Origin: Antedon mediterranea
Taxonomy: Eukaryota; Animalia; Echinodermata
Reading direction: 5' to 3'
Assembly (NCBI RefSeq): GCF_964355755.1
Contig: NC_092674.1
Span: forward strand, 9,982,001 to 10,046,000
DNA length: 64,000 nucleotides
Within the stretch, counting starts at the first letter, position 1. Each line of letters opens with the position of its first letter. Made by a program: the position numbers and the translations under genes. Below, piece after piece: positions 36,101 to 48,200 of the stretch. A model generated the notes under the pieces. The model saw only the letters and a program-made list of their open reading frames with translations. It searched no databases and was not told the origin of the DNA.

Positions 36101-39100
36101 AACTGGACCCTACTTGCCCCAACCCACGTATCTTCATCCCGGTCCATGCCGTTTATAACGTAATTATAGCCCTATATTTCATCAGGTTCTATTGCATTTT
36201 TTATAAAAACGTTTAAATTGTAGTAAGGTTTTAAAATGGCGTGAAATGGCAGCTAGACGGCATGGACCGGGTCAAGTGGTATTTTTCTGAAACTACTGGA
36301 CCCTACTAGCCTCAACCCATGTATCGTCATCCCGGTCTATGCCGTTTATAACGTAATTATAGCCCTATAAATCATTCGGTTATATTGCATTTTGTATTTA
36401 AAAAAAAATTAAATTGTAGTACCGGTAACGTTTTGAAATGGCGTAAAATGGCAGCTAGACGGCATGGACCGGGGCAAGTGGTATTTTTCTGAAACGACAG
36501 GACCCTACTAGCCCCAACCCATGTATCGTCATCCCGGTCCATGCCGTTTATAACGTAATTATAGCCCTATAAATCATACGGTTATATTGCATTTTTTATA
36601 AAAAAAAAACTTAAATTGTGGTAACGTTTTAAAATGGCGTAAAATGGCAGCTAGACGGCATGGACAGGGACAAGTGGTATATTTCTGAAACGACTGGACC
36701 CTACTAGCCCCAATCCATGTATCGTTATCCCGGTCCATGCCGTTTATAACGTAATTATAGCCCTATAAATCATTCGGTTATATTGCAATTTTTATAAAAA
36801 AAGACGTTAAATTGTATTAATGTTTTAAAATTGCGTAAAATGATAGCTAGACGGCATGGACCGGGGCAAGTGGTATTTTTCTGAATAGACTGGACCCTAC
36901 TTGCCCCAACCCCGTGTATCGTCTTCCCGGTCCATGCTGTTTATAACGTAATTATAGCCCTATAAATCATACGTTTATATTGCATTTTTTATGAAAACCT
37001 TAAATTGTAGTCGCGTTTTAAAATGGCGTAAAATGACAGCTAGACAGCATGGACCGGGGCAAGTGGTATTTTTCGAAAATGACTAGACCCTACTCGTCCC
37101 AACCCATGCATCGTCATCCCGGTCCATGCCGTTTATAACGTAATTATAGCCCTATAAATCATACGTTTATAGTGCATTTTTTATTTTTAAAAACCTTAAA
37201 TTGTAGTAACCTTTTAAAATGGCGTAAAATGACAGCTAGACGGCATGGACCGGGGCAAGTGGTACTTTTCTATTATGACTGGACCCTACTAGCACCAACC
37301 CATGTATCGTCATCCCGGTCCATGCCGTTTATAACGTAATTATAGCCCTATATATCATCCGGTTATGTTGCATTTTTTATAAAAAAAGTTAAATTGTAGT
37401 AACGTTTTAAAATGGCGTGAAATGGCCGCTAGACGGCATGAACCGGGTCAAGTGGTTTTTTCTGAAACAACTGGACCCTACTAGCCTCAACCCATGTATC
37501 GTCATTCCGGTCCATGCCGTTTATAACGTAATTATAGCCCTATAAACCATTCGGTTATATTGCATTTTTTATTTAAAAAAACGTTAAATTGTAGTAACGT
37601 TTTAAAATGGCGTAAAATGATAGCTACACGGCATGGACCGGGGCAAGCGGTATTTTTCTGAATTGACTGGACCCTACTTGCCCCAACCCATGTATCGTCA
37701 TCCCGGTCCATGCCGTTTATAACGTAATTATAGCCCTATAAATCATATGTTTACATTGCATTTTTTATGAAAACCTTAAATTGTAGTAACGTTTTAAAAT
37801 GGCGTATAATGACAGTTAGACGGCATGGACCGGGGTAAGAGGTATTTTTCTTAAATGACTGGACCCTACTCGCCCCAACCCATGTATCGTCATCCCGGTC
37901 CATGCCGTTTATAACGTAATTATAGCCCTATATTTCATCAGGTTATATTGCATTTTTTATAAAAACGTTAAATTGTAGTAAGGTTTTAAAATGGCGTGAA
38001 ATGGCAGCTAGACGGCATGGACCGGGTCAAGTGGTATTTTTCTGAAACTACTGGACCCTACTAGCCCCAACCCATGTATCGTCATCCCGGTCCATGCCGT
38101 TTATAACGTAATTATAGCCCTATAAATCATTCGGTTATATTGCATTTTGTATTTAAAAAAATTAAATTGTAGTAACAGTAACGTTTTAAAATGGCTTAAA
38201 ATGACAGCTAGACGCATGGACCGGGGCAAGTGGTATTTTTCTTAAATGAATGGACCCTATTCGCCCCAACCCATGTATCGTTGTCCCGGTCCATGCCGTT
38301 TATAACGTAATTATAGCCCTATATATCATCTTGTTATATTGCATTTTTTATTTAAAAAAACGTTAAATTGTAGTAACGTTTTGAAATGGCGTAAAATGAT
38401 AGCTAGACGACATGGACCGGGGCAAGTGGTATTTCCTGAATTGACTGGACCCTACTTGCCCCAACCGATGTATCGTCATCCCGGTCCATGCCGTTTATAA
38501 CGTAATTATAGCCCTATAAACCATTCGGTTATATTGCATTTTTTATTTAAAAAAACGTTAAATTGTAGTAACGTTTTAAAATGGCGTAAAATGATAGCTA
38601 GACGGCATGGACCGGGGCAAGTGGTATTTTTCTGAATTGACTGGACCCTACTTGCCCCAACCCATGTATCGTCATCCCGGTCCATGCCGTTTATAACGTA
38701 ATTATAGCCCTATAAATCATATGTTTACATTGCATTTTTTATGAAAACCTTAAATTGTAGTAACGTTTTAAAATGGCGTATAATGACAGCTAGACGGCAT
38801 GGACCGGGGTAAGAGGTATTTTTCTTAAATGACTGGACCCTACTTGCCCCAACCCATGTATCGTCATCCCGGTCCATGCCGTTTATAACGTAATTATAGC
38901 CCTATATTTCATTAGGTTATATTGCATTTTTTTGATAAAAACGTTAAATTGTAGTAAGGTTTTAAAATGGCGTGAAATGGCAGCTAGACGGCATGGACCG
39001 GGTCAAGTGGTATTTTTCTGAAACTACTGGACCCTACTAGCCCCAACCCATGTATCGTCATCCCGGTCCATGCCGTTTATAACGTAATTATAGCCCTATA

Positions 39101-40862
39101 AATCATTTGGTTATATTGCATTTTGTATTTAAAAAAATTAAATTGTAGTAACAGTAACGTTTTAAAATGGCTTAAAATGACAGCTAGACGGCATGGACCG
39201 GGGCAAGTGGTATTTTTCTGAAATGAATGGACCCTACTCGCCCAACCCATGTATCGTTATCTCGGTCCATGCCGTTTATAACGTAATTATAGCCCTATAT
39301 ATCATCCTGTTATATTGCATTTTTTATTTAAAAAAACGTGAAATTGTAGTAACGTTTTGAAATGGCGTAAAATGATAGCTAGACGGCATGGACCGGGGCA
39401 AGTGGTATTTTTCTGAATTGACTGGACCCTACTTGCCCCAACCGATGTATTGTCATCCCGGTCCATGCCGTTTATAACGTAATTATAGCCCTATAAATCA
39501 TTCGGTTATATTGCATCTTTTATATAAAAAAAACGTTAAATTGTAGTAACGTTTTAAAATGGCGTAAAATGATAGCTAGACGGCATGGACCGGGGCAAGT
39601 GGTATTTTTCTGAATTGACTGGACCCTACTTGCCCCAACCCATGTATCGTCATCCCGGTCCATGCCGTTTATAACGTAATTATAGCCCTATACATCATAC
39701 GTTTACATTGCATTTTTTATGAAAACCTTAAATTGTAGTAACGTTTTAAAATGGCGTAAAATGACAGCTAGACGGCATGGACCGGGGTAAGAGGTATTTT
39801 TCTGAAATGACTGGACCCTACTCGCCCCAACCCATGTATCGTCATCCCGGTCCATGCCGTTTATAACGTAATTATAGCCCTATAAATCATACGTTTACAT
39901 TGCATTTTTTATGAAAACCTTAAATTGTAGTAACGTTTTAAAATGGCGTAAAATGACAGCTAGACGGCATGGACCGGGGTAAGAGGTATTTTTCTGAAAT
40001 AACTGGATCCTACTCGCCCCAACCCATGTATCGTCATCCCGGTCCATGCCGTTTATAACGTAATTATAGCCCTATATTTCATCCGGTTATATTGCAATTT
40101 TTATAAAAACGTGAAATTGTAGTAAGGTTTTAAAATGGCGTGAAATGGCAGCTAGACGGCATGGACCGGGGTAAGAGGTATTTTTCTGAAATAACTGGAC
40201 CCTACTAGCCCCAACCCATGTATCGTCATCCCGGTCCATGCCGTTTATAACGTATTTATAGCCCTATAAATCATTCGGTTACATTGCATTTTTTATTTTT
40301 AAAAATTAAATTGTAGGACCGGTAACGTTTTAAAATGGCGTAAAATGACAGCTAGACGGCATGGACCGGGGCAAGTGGTATTTTTCTAAAATGACTGGAC
40401 CCTACTCGCCCCAACCCATGTATCGTCATTCCGGTCCATGCCGTTTATAACGTAATTATACCCCTATATATCATCCTGTTATATTGAATTTTTTATTTAA
40501 AAAAACGTTAAATTGTAGTAACGTTTTAAAATGGCGTAAAATGACAGCTAGTAGACGGCATGGACCGAGGCAAGTGGTATTTTTCTGAAACGACAGGACC
40601 CTACTAGCCCCAACCCATGTATCGTCATACCGGTCCATGCCGTTTATCACGTAATTATAGCCCTATAAATCATCCGGTTATATTGCATTTTTTATTTTAA
40701 AAAACGTTAAATTGTAGTAAGGTTTTAAAATGGCGTAAAATGACAGCTAGACGGCATGGACCGGGGCAAGTGGTATTTTTCTGAAACGACTGGACCCTAC
40801 TAGCCCGAACCCATGTATCGTCATCCCGGTCCATGCCGTTTATAACGAAGTTATAGCCCTAT
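33187..40862 (-). repeat. Satellite A, right arm in reverse orientation, about 40 copies
   Basis: Reverse complement of the same monomer (...CCCAACCCATGTATCGTCATCCCGGTCCATGCCGTTTATAACGTAATTATAGCCC...). Confidence 0.97.
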
Positions 40863-41036
40863 AAATCATAGCCCTAGTTAATCTAAGCCGTAAGTATAAA
40901 ATCATTTAATTAAAATAGTACACATATTGCGCCCCATACATGTGAATGTGAATGTCGAATAAGGATCCAACTTCACAAAAAAAATTGAATATCGAATAAG
41001 GAATAAGTAACCAACTTCACGCCGGTACTTGGTGGC

Positions 41037-41149
41037 AGGCCTAGGCTGAGCTAGCTAGGCCTAGCTAGTTATGCCTTGCCTAGGCCTAGTAAAATAGTAC
41101 TAGGCCCCCTAGTAGGCTAGGCTAGCCTAGCTAGCTAGGAAGTCTAGCC
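41037..41149. repeat. TAGGCCTAG/CTAG-rich low-complexity tract
   Basis: Dense overlapping TAGGCCTA and CTAGCTAG motifs, resuming at 42065-42102 after the inserted element. Confidence 0.7.
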
Positions 41150-42064
41150 GGCGCTAGTTCCGTTTCGCACCTGTCGTTTATTTCGACTCAAAATTGGTTA
41201 AGTAACTTTATCGTGAGTACCACACCTTAGAATTAGGCCTCAAAAATACTTTTACGAAGGAGATCACACAAAAAGTAAAAAATAAATCCTTTAAATTGAT
41301 GAATTTACAGACGTGTTTCTCGCACATCGGTTTGTGAATTTCGCATACTCCATGTTCAATGTTGTTGTTTTTATGGAGCGCCAAAAGAGCAATCATAATA
41401 GAGGGCTAAAAACTCAGTAAATTGCGTATATTTATTGCATTTATTGGTGAAAATTACGTTCAATTTATCATATTTTGTCAATGTCAATGCAACAAAAATA
41501 TTACTGTTGATACTGTACATGGTTTTTGCAGGAACTTTTAGGAATGAAAATCGACAAATTCATCATCATATTACATGTACTGCTGTAGGGGTATACCTGA
41601 TAGTGATACTAATCTAAATAATATTCCTCTTAGTCTAGGCTATAGTCTTACTCTTAGTTAGGCCTAGGGTTGGTTGCTATTTGAAAACAGCAAATTATTA
41701 GCATTAAAATGTTACAGCATTTTTATTGACAAAATATATTATAATTAAACGTGTATTTCAATAATAAATGCATCAAGACGCATTCCACTGAGTTTTTAAC
41801 CATCTATTGTTGTTGCTCTTTTGGCGCTCCATAGAAACGAAAATATTGAACTTCGAGTGTTAGCTAAATTCGCGAACGGTATGCGAGAATCATGTCTGTA
41901 AAATCATCAATTTAAGGATTTATTTGTTACTTTTTATGTGATTCTTCTTCATAAAAGTACTCATGAGGCCCAATTTTAAGGTGTGGTATTCACAATAAGT
42001 TGCTTAACAATTTGGAGTCAAAAGGAAGTCGAAATAAAAACAGGTGCGAAACGGAACTAGCGCC
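41150..42064. mobile_element. Foldback-like non-autonomous element, 0.9 kb, 8-bp TSD
   Basis: TIR GGCGCTAGTTCCGTTTCGCACCTG / CAGGTGCGAAACGGAACTAGCGCC extends imperfectly for ~245 bp. TSD GTCTAGCC at 41142-41149 and 42065-42072. Confidence 0.9.
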
Positions 42065-42298
42065 GTCTAGCCTAGCCTCAAGTATCTAGCCTAGGCCTAG
42101 AGGTCTACCTCTGTTCAGCGTGTGTATTCCCTGCTGTCATTCATAAAATCTATAGAGCGTATACCGCTTGTGTCAAGCTAGCCGACAATAAGCCAGCCCA
42201 CTTTTATTTTTTCCAGCCGACAATAAGTATGAAACGCCGTTTGTGTATTTTTCACATTTTCAGTATTGCTTAAGGTTTTTATAGTATTAGAAATTCAA

Positions 42299-45200
42299 TA
42301 TTTGTGAGAAAATGGCGGATTGCTCCTGGGAGTCACTTGGTGGGATTATACTAGGGGACCTCCTTAATCGTCAAGTATAAGTTAGAGTAGAACCGCTGGT
42401 CCTGTTTACTCAGCCCTCATCTTTGAAATTTGAGTGTAACTCAATTTCGATTTTTAATATTATAGTGAAATTTGATACTGTATTTGTGAGAAAATGGCGG
42501 ATTGCTCCTGGGAGTCACTTTGTGGGATTATACTAGGGTACCTCCTTAGTCGTCCAGTATAAGTTAGGGTGGGACCACTGGTCCCGTTTACTCAGCCCTC
42601 ATCTTTTAAATCTGAGTGTAACTCAATTACGATTTTTAATATTATAGTGAAATTTGATACTGTATTTGTGAGAAAATGGCGGATTGCTCCTGGGAGTCAC
42701 TTGGTGGAATTATACTTGGGTACCTCCTTAGTCGTCCAGTATAAGTTAGAGTAGGACCGCTGGTCCTGTTTACTCAGCCCTCATCTTTTAAATCTGAGTG
42801 TAACTCAATTACGATTTTTAATATTATAGTGAAATTTGATACTGTATTTGTGAGAAAATGGCGGATTGCTCCAGGGAGTCACTTGGTGGGATTATACTAA
42901 GGTACCTCTTTGGTCGTCCAGTATAAGTTAGAGTAGGACCGCTGGTCTTGTTTACTCAGCCCTCATCTTTTAAATCTGAGTGTAACTCAATTACGATTTT
43001 TAATATTATAGTAAAATTTGATACTGTATTTGTGAGAAAATGGCGGATTGCTCCTGTGAGTCACTTGGTTGGATTATACTATAGGGTACCTCCTTAGTCG
43101 TCCAGTATAAGTTAGAGTAGGACCGCTGGTCCTGTTTACTCAGCCCTCATCTTTTTTAATCTGAGTGTAACTCAATTACGATTTTAAATATTATAGTGAA
43201 ATTTGGTACTGTATTTGTGAGAAAACGGCGGATTGCTCCTGGGAGTCACTTGGTGGGATTATACTAGGGGACCTCCTTAATCGTCAAGTATAAGTTAGAG
43301 TAGAACCGCTGGTCCTGTTTACTCAGCCCTCATCTTTGAAATTTGAGTGTAACTCAATTTCGATTTTTAATATTATAGTGAAATTTGATACTGTATTTGT
43401 GAGAAAATGGCGGATTGCTCCTGGGAGTCACTTTGTGGGATTATACTAGGGTACCTCCTTAGTCGTCCAGTATAAGTTAGGGTGGGACCACTGGTCCCGT
43501 TTACTCAGCCCTCATCTTTTAAATCTGAGTGTAACTCAATTACGATTTTTAATATTATAGTGAAATTTGATACTGTATTTGTGAGAAAATGGCGGATTGC
43601 TCCTGGGAGTCACTTGGTGGAATTATACTTGGGTACCTCCTTAGTCGTCCAGTATAAGTTAGAGTAGGACCGCTGGTCCTGTTTACTCAGCCCTCATCTT
43701 TTAAATCTGAGTGTAACTCAATTACGATTTTTAATATTATAGTGAAATTTGATACTGTATTTGTGAGAAAATGGCGGATTGCTCCAGGGAGTCACTTGGT
43801 GGGATTATACTAAGGTACCTCTTTGGTCGTCCAGTATAAGTTAGAGTAGGACCGCTGGTCTTGTTTACTCAGCCCTCATCTTTTAAATCTGAGTGTAACT
43901 CAATTACGATTTTTAATATTATAGTAAAATTTGATACTGTATTTGTGAGAAAATGGCGGATTGCTCCTGTGAGTCACTTGGTTGGATTATACTATAGGGT
44001 ACCTCCTTAGTCGTCCAGTATAAGTTAGAGTAGGACCGCTGGTCCTGTTTACTCAGCCCTCATCTTTTTTAATCTGAGTGTAACTCAATTACGATTTTAA
44101 ATATTATAGTGAAATTTGGTACTGTATTTGTGAGAAAACGGCGGATTGCTCCTGGAAGTCACTCGGTGGGATTATACTAGGGTACCTCCTTAGTCGTCCA
44201 GTATAAGTTAGAGTAGGACCGCAGGTCTTGTTTACTCAGCCCTCATCTTTTAAATCTGAGTGTAACTCAATTACGACTTTTTAATATTATAGTGAAATTT
44301 GATACTGTATTTGTGAGAAAATGGCGGATTGCTCCTGGGAGTCACTTGGTGGGATTATACTAGGGTACCTCCTTAGTCGACCAGTATAAGATAGGGTGGG
44401 ACCACTGGTCCCGTTTACTCAGCCCTCATCTTTTAAATCTGAGTGTAACTCAATTACGATTTTTAATATTATAGTGAAATTTGATACTGTATTTGTGAGA
44501 AAATGGCGGATTGCTTCTGGGGGTCACTTGGTGGGATTATACTAGGGTACCTCCTTAGTCATCCAGTATAAGTTAGAGTAGGACCACTGGTCCTGTTTAC
44601 TCAGCCCTCATCTTTTAAATCTGAGTGTAACTCAATTACGATTTTAAATATTATAGTGAAATTTGGTACTGTATTTGTGAGAAAACGGCGGATTGCTCCT
44701 GGAAGTCACTCGGTGGGATTATACTAGGGTACCTTCTTAGTCGTCCAGTATAAGTTAGAGTAGGACCGCTGGTCTTGTTTACTCAGCCCTCATCTTTGAA
44801 ATCTGAGTGTAACTCAATTACGATTTTTAATATTATAGTGAAATTTGGTACTGTATTTGTGAGAAAACGGCGGATTGCTCCTGGAAGTCACTCGGTGGGA
44901 TTATACTAGGGTACCTCCTTAGTTGTCTAGTATAAGTTAGAGTAGGACCACTGGTCCTGTTTACTCAGCCCTCATCTTTTAAATCTGAGTGTAACTCAAT
45001 TACGATCTTTAATATTATAGTGAAATTTGATACTGTATTTGTTAGAAAATGGTGGATTGCTCCCAGGAGTCACTTGGTGGGATTATACTAGGGGACCTCC
45101 TTAATCATCCAGTGTAAGTTAGAGTATGACCGCTGGTCCCGTTTACTCAGCCCTCATCTTTTAAATCTGAGTGTAACTCAATTACGATTTTTTATATAGT

Positions 45201-48200
45201 GAAATTTGATACTGTATTTGTGAGAAAATGGCGGATTGCTCCTGGGAGTCACTTGGTGAGATTATACTAGGGTACCTCCTTAGTCGACCAGTATAAGTTA
45301 GGGTAGGACCGCTGGTCTTGTTTACTCAGCCCTCATCTTTTTAAATCTGAGTGTAACTCAATTACGATTTTAAATATTATAGTGAAATTTGGTACTGTAT
45401 TTGTGAGAAAACAGCGGATTGCTCCTGGAAGTCACTCGGTGGGATTATACTAGGGTACCTCCTTAGTCGTCCAGTATAAGTTAGAGTAGGACCGCTGGTC
45501 TTGTTTACTCAGCCCTCATATTTTAATCTGAGTGTAACTCAATTACGATTTTTAATATTATAGGGAAATTTGGTACTGTATTTGTGAGAAAACGGCGAAT
45601 TGCTCCTGGAAGTCACTCGGTGGGATTATACTAGGGTACCTCCTTAGTTGTCCAGTATTTAAGTGAGAGTAGGACCGCTGGTTATGTTTACTCAGCCCTC
45701 ATCTTTTAAATCTGAGTGTAACTCAATTACGATCTTTATTATTATAGTGAAATTTGATACTGTATTTGTGAGAAAATGGCGGATTGCTCCTGGGAGTCAC
45801 TTGGTGGGATTATACTAGGGGACCTCCTTAATCGTCCAGTATAAGATAGAGTAGGACCGCTGGTCCCGTTTACTCAGCCCTCATCTTTTAAATCTGAGTG
45901 TAACTCAATTACGATTTTTTATATAGTGAAATTTGATACTGTATTTGTAAGAAAATGGCGGATTGCTCCTGGGTGTCACTTGGTGGGATTATACTAGGGG
46001 ATCTCCTTAATCGTCCAGTATAAGTTAGAGTAGGACCGCTGGTCCCGTTTACTCAGCCCTCATCTTTTAAATCTGAGTGTAACTCAATTACAATTTTTTA
46101 TATAGTGAAATTTGATACTGTATTTGTGAGAAAATGGCGGATTGCTCCTGGGAGTCACTTGGTGAGATTATACTAGGGTACCTCCTTAGTCGTCCAGTAT
46201 AAGTTAGAGTAGGACCGCTGGTCTTGTTTACTCAGCCCTCATCTTTTAAATCTGAGTGTAACTCAATTACGATTTTAAATATTATAGTGAAATTTGGTAC
46301 TGTATTTGTGAGAAAACGGCGGATTGCTCCTGGAAGTCACTCGGTGGGATTATACTAGGGTACCTCTTTAGTTGTCCAGTATCAGTTAGAGTAGGACCGC
46401 TGGTCCTGTTTACTCAGCCCTCATCTTTTAAATCTGAGTGTAACTCAATTACGATTTTTAATATTATAGTGAAATTTGATACTGTATTTGTGAGAAAATG
46501 GCGGATTGCTCCTGGGAGTCACTTGGTGGGATTATACTAAGGTACCTCTTTGGTCGTCCAGTATAAGTTAGAGTAGGACCGCTGGTCTTGTTTACTCAGC
46601 CCTCATCTTTTAAATCTGAGTGTAACTCAATTACGATTTTTAATATTATAGTAAAATTTGATACTGTATTTGTGAGAAAATGGCGGATTGCTCCTGTGAG
46701 TCACTTGGTTGGATTATACTAGGGTACCTCCTTAGTCGTCCAGTATAAGTTAGAGTAGGACCGCTAGTCCTGTTTACTCAGCCCTCATCTTTTTAAATCT
46801 GAGTGTAACTCAATTACGATTTTAAATATTATAGTGAAATTTGGTACTGTATTTGTGAGAAAACGGCGGATTGCTCCTGGAAGTCACTCGGTGGGATTAT
46901 ACTAGGGTACCTCCTTAGTCGTCCAGTATAAGTTAGAGTAGGACCGCAGGTCTTGTTTACTCAGCCCTCATCTTTTAAATCTGAGTGTAACTCAATTACG
47001 ACTTTTTAATATTATAGTGAAATTTGATACTGTATTTGTGAGAAAATGGCGGATTGCTCCTGGGAGTCACTTGGTGGGATTATACTAGGGTACCTCCTTA
47101 GTCGTTCAGTATAAGTTAGGGTGGGACCACTGGTCCCGTTTACTCAGCCCTCATCTTTTAAATCTGAGTGTAACTCAATTACGATTTTTAATATTATAGT
47201 GAAATTTGATACTGTATTTGTGAGAAAATGGCGGATTGCTCCCAGGAGTCACTTGGTGGGATTATACTAGGGGACCTCCTTAATCGTCCAGTATAAGTTA
47301 GAGTTGGACCGCTGGTTCCGTTTACTCAGCCCTCATCTTTTAAATCTGAGTGTAACTCAATTACAATTTTTTATATAGTGAAATTTGATACTGTATTTGT
47401 GAGAAAATGGCGGATTGCTCCTGGGAGTCACTTGGTGGGATTATACTAGGGTACCTCCTTAGTCGTCCAGTATAAGTTAGAGTAGGACCGCTGGTCCTGT
47501 TTACTCAGCCCTCATCTTTTAAATCTGAGTGTAACTCAATTACGATTTTAAATATTAAAGTGAAATTTGGTACTGTATTTGTGAGAAAACGGCGGATTGC
47601 TCCTGGAAGTCACTCGGTGGGATTATACTAGGGTACCTCCTTAGTTGTCCAGTATCAGTTAGAGTTGGACCGCTGGTCTTGTTTACTCAGCCCTCATCTT
47701 TTAAATCTGAGTGTAACTCAATTACGATTTTTAATATTATAGTGAAATTTGATACCGGTACTGTATTTGTGAGAAAATGGCGGATTGCTCCTGGGAGACA
47801 CTTGGTGGGATTATACTTAGGGTACCTCCTTAGTCGTCCAGTATAAGATAGGGTGGGACCACTGGTCCCGTTTACTCAGCCCTCATCTTTTAAATCTGAG
47901 TGTAACTCAATTACGATTTTTAATATTATAGTGAAATTTGATACTGTATTTGTGAGAAAATGGCGGATTGCTTCTGGGGGTCACTTGGTGGGATTATACT
48001 AGGGTACCTCCTTAGTCATCCAGTATAAGTTAGAGTAGGACCACTGGTCCTGTTTACTCAGCCCTCATCTTTTAAATCTGAGTGTAACTCAATTACGATT
48101 TTAAATATTATAGTGAAATTTGGTACTGTATTTGTGAGAAAACGGCGGATTGCTCCTGGAAGTCACTCGGTGGGATTATACTAGGGTACCTTCTTAGTCG

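Larger units (their letters stand above)
23012..41026. mobile_element. Giant (18.0 kb) foldback transposon whose arms are inverted satellite arrays
   Basis: Perfect 9-bp TSD ACTTGGTGG at 23003-23011 and 41027-41035. Near-identical ~165-bp unique outer TIR domains begin ACCGGCGTGAAGTTGG. The interior is entirely ~193-bp repeats that flip orientation at ~33186. Confidence 0.93.

Noticed and set aside
23180-40862. CRISPR-like array (palindromic repeat with intervening sequence)
   Set aside because: The sequences between the palindromes are near-identical copies rather than unique spacers. There are no cas genes and the context is eukaryotic.
23012-41026. Assembly fold-back artefact
   Set aside because: The arms differ in length and in monomer variants, and a perfect 9-bp direct repeat flanks the ends with different unique sequence beyond. 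A read fold-back would give an exact mirror. Exact copy numbers may still be imprecise.
23788-43667. Repeated 61-64-aa ORFs (MDRDDDTW..., MGPLVPFT...)
   Set aside because: Chance frames in satellite monomers, broken in most copies by homopolymer length changes. Useful only as markers of higher-order repeats.
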